Shown here: piece by piece, positions 58,422-64,000 of the stretch
How the letters are laid out: every line of letters starts with the position of its first letter
How positions within the stretch are numbered: position 1 is the first letter of the stretch
NCBI GenBank assembly: GCA_963804645.1
Contig: CAWDRG010000017.1
Location: 384,001 to 448,000 of the forward strand
DNA from: an uncultured Bacillota bacterium
GTDB taxonomy: Bacteria > Sysuimicrobiota > Sysuimicrobiia > Sysuimicrobiales > Segetimicrobiaceae
DNA: 64,000 nucleotides
Reading direction: 5' to 3'
Program-made: the position numbers and the translations under genes
Notes under the pieces: generated by a model
The model's database searches: none
What the model saw: only the letters and a program-made list of their open reading frames with translations
What the model was told of the DNA's origin: nothing

Positions 58422-58435
58422 CGAACGTGTGTTCG
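58422..58435. promoter_or_regulatory. LexA SOS box (Gram-positive type) at the uvrA promoter
   Basis: CGAAC-GTGT-GTTCG 30 bp upstream of the uvrA ATG, next to a -10-like TAACAT. Confidence 0.85.
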
Positions 58436-58488
58436 GTGATATGCGGGCATGCACCTTCTCACGTGGTAAACGCCCGGACGCGCCCTCG

Positions 58489-60660
58489 TTATTGCCGTGA
58501 TCCCTTCCCGACCCCGCCGGGACGCCGCCGGCCCCGGCCGCCGGAGGACGACGGCGACCCGCGACGGCCCCGCCGCGAGCCGGGCCGCGCGAAAAATGGC
58601 TCCCCGAGACCCTTGCGCAGCTCTTGCAGCTGGTCGCGCAGCGACGCCGCTTTCTCGAACTGCAACTCCGCGGCGGCCTTCTGCATCTCCCGTTCAAGCA
58701 CCTCGATCGTCCGCTCAAGCTCCCCGGGGCTCAACATCAGCAGGCGCGCGATGTCCCACGGCACCTGCTTGTGCTGTTCGGCGAGCCCGACCAGCTCCTT
58801 CGCGGTCAGCACGGCCCCGTCGCCGTCCTCCGCCGGGTACGGAGCGGGCTCCTCCGCAACTTCCAGCAGCTCGATCATGTCGCGGATCGGTTTCACGATT
58901 GTCGTCGGGGTGATCGCGTGCTCCTCGTTGTACTGGAGCTGAATCACCCGGCGCCGATTGGTCTCCGAGATCGCCTTCCGCATCGACTCGGTGACCTCGT
59001 CGGCGTAGAGGATCACGCGGCCGCCGACGTTGCGGGCCGCCCGCCCCATCGTCTGGATCAGGCTCGTCTCGGACCGCAGATATCCTTCCTTGTCGGCGTC
59101 GAGAATCGCCACGAGCGACACCTCGGGCAGATCCAACCCCTCGCGCAGCAGGTTGATCCCGACCAGGACGTCGTACGTGCCGAGCCGCAGGTCCTTGAGG
59201 ATCTGGATCCGCTGCAGCGTCTCGACCTCGGCGTGCAGGTAGTGCACCTTCATCCCGAGCTCCTGCAGATAGTCCGACAGATCCTCGGCCATGCGCTTCG
59301 TCAGCGTGGTCACGAGCGTCCGCTCGCCTTTCTCGACCTGCCCCTTGATCTCGGCGATCAGATCGTCGACCTGGCCCTTCGCGGGACGGACGTCGACCTG
59401 CGGATCCACCAGACCGGTCGGCCGCACGATCTGCTCCACGACCTGCGCGCTGACCGACATCTCGTACGGACCCGGCGTCGCCGAGATGAACAGCGCCTGC
59501 GGCACCATGCGGTCGAACTCCGCGAAGGTGAGCGGGCGGTTGTCGTACGCCGACGGCAGCCGGAACCCAAAGTCGACGAGGTTCTTCTTGCGGCCCCGGT
59601 CGCCTTCGACCATCCCGCGTACTTGGGGGAGCGTCACGTGCGACTCGTCGACCACCACGAGAAAGTCCTTGGGAAAGTAGTCGAGCAGACATCCCGGCCG
59701 CTCGCCGGGCGCGCGCCCCGAGAGCGGGCGCGAGTAGTTCTCGATCCCGGGGCAGTAGCCGACCTCGCGCAGCATCTCGAGATCGTACTTCGTGCGAAAC
59801 TCGAGACGCTGGGCCTCGAGGAGCTTGCCCTGATCCTGGAACCACTGCAGACGCTCCCGCAGCTCCGCCTCGATCCGGCCGAGCCCGTCGCCGAGCTTCG
59901 CGGCCGTCGTCACCCAGTGCTTCGCGGGCCAGATCGCCACGGCCGGCTTGTCCGCGAGGAGCTCCCCGGTCAGCGGATCGACCTCGTGGATCCGCTCGAT
60001 CTCGTCATCGAACAGCTCGACGCGGACCGCGCGGTCCTCGTAGGCGGGGAAGATCTCGATGACGTCGCCGCGCACGCGAAATCGGCCGCGCGCGAAGTCG
60101 ATGTCGTTGCGCTCGTACTGCACGTCCACCAACCGCCGCAAGATCTCATCGCGAGACTTCCGCTCGCCGGTCTTGAGAAACAGCATGACGTCCTGATAAT
60201 CTTCCGGCGAGCCCAATCCGTAGATACACGACACGGACGCCACGACGATCACGTCGCGCCGCTCCATCAACGCCTTCGTCGACGCGTGCCGCAAGCGGTC
60301 GATCTCGTCGTTGATCGACGCGTCCTTCGCGATGTACAGGTCGTTCTGGGGGACGTACGCCTCGGGCTGGTAGAAGTCGTAGTAGGACACGAAGTAGCGG
60401 ACCGCGTTGTCCGGGAAAAACTGCCGGAACTCCCCGTACAGCTGCGCCGCGAGCGTCTTGTTGTGGGCGAGGACGAGCGTCGGGCGCTGAATTTGCGCGA
60501 TGACCTCGGAAACGGTCCGCGTCTTCCCGCTGCCCGTCACGCCGAGCAGCGTCTGAAATCGGTCGCCCCGCCGCACGCCGTCGACCAGCTTGACGATCGC
60601 CTGCGGCTGGTCGCCTGCGGGGGCCTGTTCCGTGACTAGACGAAACTGCGCGTCACTCAT
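58489..60660 (-). CDS. uvrB: Excinuclease ABC subunit B
   Basis: [44 protein letters not shown] domain. Confidence 0.99.
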   Translation of the reverse strand: MSDAQFRLVTEQAPAGDQPQAIVKLVDGVRRGDRFQTLLGVTGSGKTRTVSEVIAQIQRPTLVLAHNKTLAAQLYGEFRQFFPDNAVRYFVSYYDFYQPEAYVPQNDLYIAKDASINDEIDRLRHASTKALMERRDVIVVASVSCIYGLGSPEDYQDVMLFLKTGERKSRDEILRRLVDVQYERNDIDFARGRFRVRGDVIEIFPAYEDRAVRVELFDDEIERIHEVDPLTGELLADKPAVAIWPAKHWVTTAAKLGDGLGRIEAELRERLQWFQDQGKLLEAQRLEFRTKYDLEMLREVGYCPGIENYSRPLSGRAPGERPGCLLDYFPKDFLVVVDESHVTLPQVRGMVEGDRGRKKNLVDFGFRLPSAYDNRPLTFAEFDRMVPQALFISATPGPYEMSVSAQVVEQIVRPTGLVDPQVDVRPAKGQVDDLIAEIKGQVEKGERTLVTTLTKRMAEDLSDYLQELGMKVHYLHAEVETLQRIQILKDLRLGTYDVLVGINLLREGLDLPEVSLVAILDADKEGYLRSETSLIQTMGRAARNVGGRVILYADEVTESMRKAISETNRRRVIQLQYNEEHAITPTTIVKPIRDMIELLEVAEEPAPYPAEDGDGAVLTAKELVGLAEQHKQVPWDIARLLMLSPGELERTIEVLEREMQKAAAELQFEKAASLRDQLQELRKGLGEPFFARPGSRRGRRGSPSSSGGRGRRRPGGVGKGSRQ

Positions 60661-60833
60661 CACACAATTATAGCATGCACCTCAAAACCCCCACCACCGT
60701 TGCACATACGGCCTGCGGCACCCCGGCAGGGCGGAAATTCATCACCCGGTTACGCATCCTCCATCGCGGGTTCACAGCAGGCCCCTATCCTGGTCCCAGA
60801 CACACCGCCGGTCGCACCGGGGAGGTGAGTGAC

Positions 60834-61331
60834 ATGACAGCCCAGAGACACGCCATCCGCATCGGCGCCGCGGTCGCGCCGCTCGTCGCAGGGACCGCCG
60901 CGGGTGTCATCGCAGCCGCGGCCAACATCGCAGTGCAGCTCCTGCTGGGAGTCCGGGATCCGTCGATCCGGGACACCGCGTGGTCGGCGTTTGCCGCCGG
61001 CATCGCGGGCGGGCTCCTGTATCTGGGCCTCGCCCGCGTGGTGCGCACCCCGGGCCGGGCCCTGTGGGCGACGAGCCTCGCGATCGCGGCGCTCGACAGC
61101 CTGCTCGTGATCCTGCTGCCGCTGCCCGCGGGGCACGGGCCGCACCTCGCGATCCCCATCGATGGCCTCGTCGTCCCGATTCGGCAGATGGCGGCCCTGG
61201 TCGGCCTGGGGCACTTCGGCCCGCGCCACTACCCCGCCAGGCTGCTGCCGGCCGACACCGTCCTGCACTTCATCCCGGCCGTGGCCGTCGCCACGCTGGT
61301 GCCGTGGCTGGCCGGGCCGAAGCGATCCTGA
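60834..61331 (+). CDS. Hypothetical membrane protein
   Basis: GGAGG RBS; about four hydrophobic helices. Confidence 0.75.
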   Translation: MTAQRHAIRIGAAVAPLVAGTAAGVIAAAANIAVQLLLGVRDPSIRDTAWSAFAAGIAGGLLYLGLARVVRTPGRALWATSLAIAALDSLLVILLPLPAGHGPHLAIPIDGLVVPIRQMAALVGLGHFGPRHYPARLLPADTVLHFIPAVAVATLVPWLAGPKRS

Positions 61332-61338
61332 CATCAGG

Positions 61339-61370
61339 CGCGGACCCGGCGGCGCGCCGCCGGGTCCGCG
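61339..61370. terminator. Perfect 32-bp palindrome between convergent genes
   Basis: CGCGGACCCGGCGGCGCGCCGCCGGGTCCGCG; no U-tract. Confidence 0.55.
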
Positions 61371-61446
61371 GCGCCGGCGCGCGGTCGGCGCACGCACGGC
61401 CCTCGCGGCGCCGTCTCCGGTCAGGGATACATCGAACGCCCGGCGC

Positions 61447-62199
61447 CTATTTCAGCGTCGGGAACCCGAGCAGCACGATATCGGCCAGGACGCCCAGCAT
61501 CAGGCCGTAGTAGTACGCGAACACCCGGGACTCGCGCACGCTGGCGTAGCAGAACACGAGCCCCGAGAAGAGCGCGGACAGCACGACCTCGCTGACCGGC
61601 GCGCGTCCAGCCGCGCGCACGAGCTCCATCGCCCCGAATCCCAGCAGGATCGACGCGACGAACCCCCACCCCAGCACGCCGGGATCTCCCAACTGTGCCA
61701 CCCGATCGCCCTGGAACACATATAGGTACGTGACGGCGATCAACGGCAGCAGCACCGCGGCGGCGGTCCGGATGCCGGGATACACCCCGTCGCCGAACGC
61801 GGCGATGACGAAATACACGATCAATCCAAGGAGGAACAAGGGGGCGGCTGCGATCACCACGGGGTGCACCGCGCGGCGAAGAAGCCACTGTCCCCAATTG
61901 CTCGCCGTCGAGGGGTCCTCGCGCACCAGGGTCAGCGCCGTCTTTGCTCCGCCGAGGAGGAACCCGAGCGCGGCCGCGTACTCGGGCGAGCCGACCCACA
62001 TCTTCGCCTGTTCCGCGCTCGGAAACTCGAGAATCGAGACGCGCGTCGGAGCCCACGCGCCTTCGAGCGGCTCGGAGCGGCCGCCGCGGATCAGAGAGGC
62101 CCCACCGTAGCGGCGGGCCGTCGCGACCACCTCCGGCTCGTACTGCCGAACCTGCTCGGGATCCGTGACGTCAAGACCGGCCACGACATACGCGGTCAT
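61447..62199 (-). CDS. DUF1330-domain protein fused to a multi-TM domain
   Basis: MTAYVV..DVTDPE..Y...YGG..IRGG..LEG.W.P.R..ILEFPS.EQAK.W..SPEY, then about five TM helices; ATGA overlap with coaE. Confidence 0.8.
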   Translation of the reverse strand: MTAYVVAGLDVTDPEQVRQYEPEVVATARRYGGASLIRGGRSEPLEGAWAPTRVSILEFPSAEQAKMWVGSPEYAAALGFLLGGAKTALTLVREDPSTASNWGQWLLRRAVHPVVIAAAPLFLLGLIVYFVIAAFGDGVYPGIRTAAAVLLPLIAVTYLYVFQGDRVAQLGDPGVLGWGFVASILLGFGAMELVRAAGRAPVSEVVLSALFSGLVFCYASVRESRVFAYYYGLMLGVLADIVLLGFPTLK

Positions 62200-62855
62200 C
62201 GCACTCCCCCCGTCCCCAAGCTGCCGCGCGGCTTCGCCCCGCGGTCCGCGTGCCACCGGCGCCACAGACGCTCGACCTGGGCGCGCGTGGCCTCCAGCGT
62301 GCCCCCGTTGTCGATCACCCAATCCGCGCGGGCGATCTTCTCCGCGAGCGGCACCTGCGCGTCGAGTCTGCGCCGGGCCTCCTCGGGCGACAGGCCGTCC
62401 CGCGCCGCCACCCGGCGGAGCCGCAGCGCGTCCGGCGCCGCCACCACCGCGATCCCGTCCAGGTCGAACTCCCGGCCGTCGGTGGTATCCAGCAGCAGCG
62501 GGACGTCGAACACGATCGCCTGAGTCTCGGGGCGCGCCGCGAGCCGCGCGGCCTCCTCCACCATGCGCCGCCGGATGTGTGGGTGCGTGAGACGGTTCAG
62601 CTGGGCGCGGGCGGCCGGATCCGCGAAGATGCGCGCGCCGAGCCGCGGACGATCGATCGTGCCGTCCGCCGCCACGATCTCCGGACCGAACTCGCGCACC
62701 ACGTCCGGGTACGCAGGGCCCCCGGGCGCGAGGACGTCGCGCGCGATGCGGTCGGCATCGACGACCGCGGCGCCGAGCTCGCGCAGCATGCCGGCCACCA
62801 GGCTCTTCCCGCTGGCCAGGCCGCCCGTGAGCCCGACCCGCATCGGCCGCGTCAC
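62196..62855 (-). CDS. coaE: Dephospho-CoA kinase
   Basis: VGLTGGLASGKS, DADRIAR, LNRLTHP, DVPLL, IDNGG. Confidence 0.97.
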   Translation of the reverse strand: MTRPMRVGLTGGLASGKSLVAGMLRELGAAVVDADRIARDVLAPGGPAYPDVVREFGPEIVAADGTIDRPRLGARIFADPAARAQLNRLTHPHIRRRMVEEAARLAARPETQAIVFDVPLLLDTTDGREFDLDGIAVVAAPDALRLRRVAARDGLSPEEARRRLDAQVPLAEKIARADWVIDNGGTLEATRAQVERLWRRWHADRGAKPRGSLGTGGVR

Positions 62856-64000
62856 GGGATCTCCGCGAGATCCTGCCAGTTCGGTCCGGCGGCAAGGTTG
62901 ACGACGAGCGGAGCCGCCAATCGATAGGCCCCCTCCATGATTTCGCGCACGAGCGGCGCGGCGCGGGCGACGAGGTCGTTCGGCAGCTCGAACAGCAGCT
63001 CGTCGTGAATCTGTAGGATCATCTCCATGCCGGGCATCTCGGGCAGCAGCTCGCGATCGATCCGCAGCATCGCGAGCTTGATGATGTCCGCGGCGGTCCC
63101 CTGGATCGGCGCGTTGATCGCGATGCGTTCGGCGGCTTCTCGGATCACCCGGTTGCGGCTGAGAATATCCGGCAGATAGCGGCGCCGCCCGAGCAGCGTC
63201 GCCACGTACCCGTCCCGGCGGGCCCGCTCGACGACGGTCCGCATGTACTCCGCCACGCGTGGATACCGGGTGAAGTACGTGTCCATGAACCCCCGGGCTT
63301 CCTCCCGGCCGATCGAGAGCTGGACGGCGAGCCCGAAGTCGCTGATGCCGTAGGCAATGCCGTAGTTGAAGGCCTTCGCGCGCCGGCGCATCTCACCGGT
63401 CACGCCGTCCGCCGCGACGCCGAACACCTCGGCCGCCGTCACGGTGTGGATGTCCGCGCCCCGGCGAAACGCCTCCAGGAGGCCGGGGTCTTGGGTCACT
63501 TCCGCCAGCACCCGCAGTTCGATCTGCGAGTAGTCGCCGGACAGCAGCGCCGCGCCCGGGCGTCCGGCGACGATCGCGCGGCGAATCTTCTGCCCGACCT
63601 CGGTCCGGATCGGAATGTTTTGCAGATTGGGGTCGGTCGTGATCACGCGCCCGGTACTGGCCAGCGCCTGGTTGAACGTCGCATGCAGTCGCCCGCTCTC
63701 AGGGTCGACCATGCCCGGGAGCACGTCCACGTAGGTCCCGAGCAGCTTACTCAGCTCCCGGTGCTCGAGGATGCGCGCGACCACGGGGTGCTGCGGCGCC
63801 AGCTGCTCGAGCACCTCGGCATCCGTCGAGTAGCCGGTCTTCGTCTTCTTGAGCGGCGGCAGCTGCAGCTTCTCGAACAGCACGAATCCGAGTTGCTTCG
63901 GCGACCCGATATTGAACTCCGTGCCGGCCAATTCATAGATCTCGGCGGTCAGCGCCGCGAGGCGCGCCCGCAGCTCCGCGGACAGCGTGTGAAGGGCCGG
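62852..64000 (-). CDS. polA: DNA polymerase I (3' part; start beyond the right edge)
   Basis: PNLQNIP, DYSQIELRVLA, AKAFNYGIAYG, QIHDELLFE. Confidence 0.98.
   Translation of the reverse strand, partial: PALHTLSAELRARLAALTAEIYELAGTEFNIGSPKQLGFVLFEKLQLPPLKKTKTGYSTDAEVLEQLAPQHPVVARILEHRELSKLLGTYVDVLPGMVDPESGRLHATFNQALASTGRVITTDPNLQNIPIRTEVGQKIRRAIVAGRPGAALLSGDYSQIELRVLAEVTQDPGLLEAFRRGADIHTVTAAEVFGVAADGVTGEMRRRAKAFNYGIAYGISDFGLAVQLSIGREEARGFMDTYFTRYPRVAEYMRTVVERARRDGYVATLLGRRRYLPDILSRNRVIREAAERIAINAPIQGTAADIIKLAMLRIDRELLPEMPGMEMILQIHDELLFELPNDLVARAAPLVREIMEGAYRLAAPLVVNLAAGPNWQDLAEIP

Overview
High-GC bacterial chromosome segment. Gene order, Gram-positive-type promoters and a GAAC-N4-GTTC LexA box point to a Terrabacteria lineage, possibly Armatimonadota/Sysuimicrobiota-like (inference). 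The left third (minus strand) is the core transcription/translation cluster tRNA-Thr-tuf-rpmG-tRNA-Trp-secE-nusG-rplK-rplA-rplJ-rplL-rpoB-rpoC-L7Ae-rpsL-rpsG-fusA. It is interrupted by a complete two-ORF insertion sequence (12061-14142, 9-bp target duplication) and by a three-gene peptidase/IPT insert after tRNA-Trp. The middle holds an uncharacterised catabolic operon (SAF-domain oxidoreductase, SorC-type regulator, TPP dehydrogenase E1a/E1b/E2, Zn-ribbon/TIM-barrel fusion, ABC importer). It also has an ftsH preceded by a c-di-GMP-II-like RNA, a Ddn-family protein, a Gly-Cys-Leu tRNA cluster split by a PAS-PAS-GAF-HD-GYP-GAF-GGDEF gene, folP-folE and a second ABC importer. The right end carries uvrC, small stress genes, uvrA, uvrB, coaE and the 3' part of polA. 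rpoC and uvrA each contain a +1 frameshift that looks like an assembly error. No CRISPR array, rRNA, prophage or integrase was seen. All family assignments come from motif recognition by eye; no database search was run.
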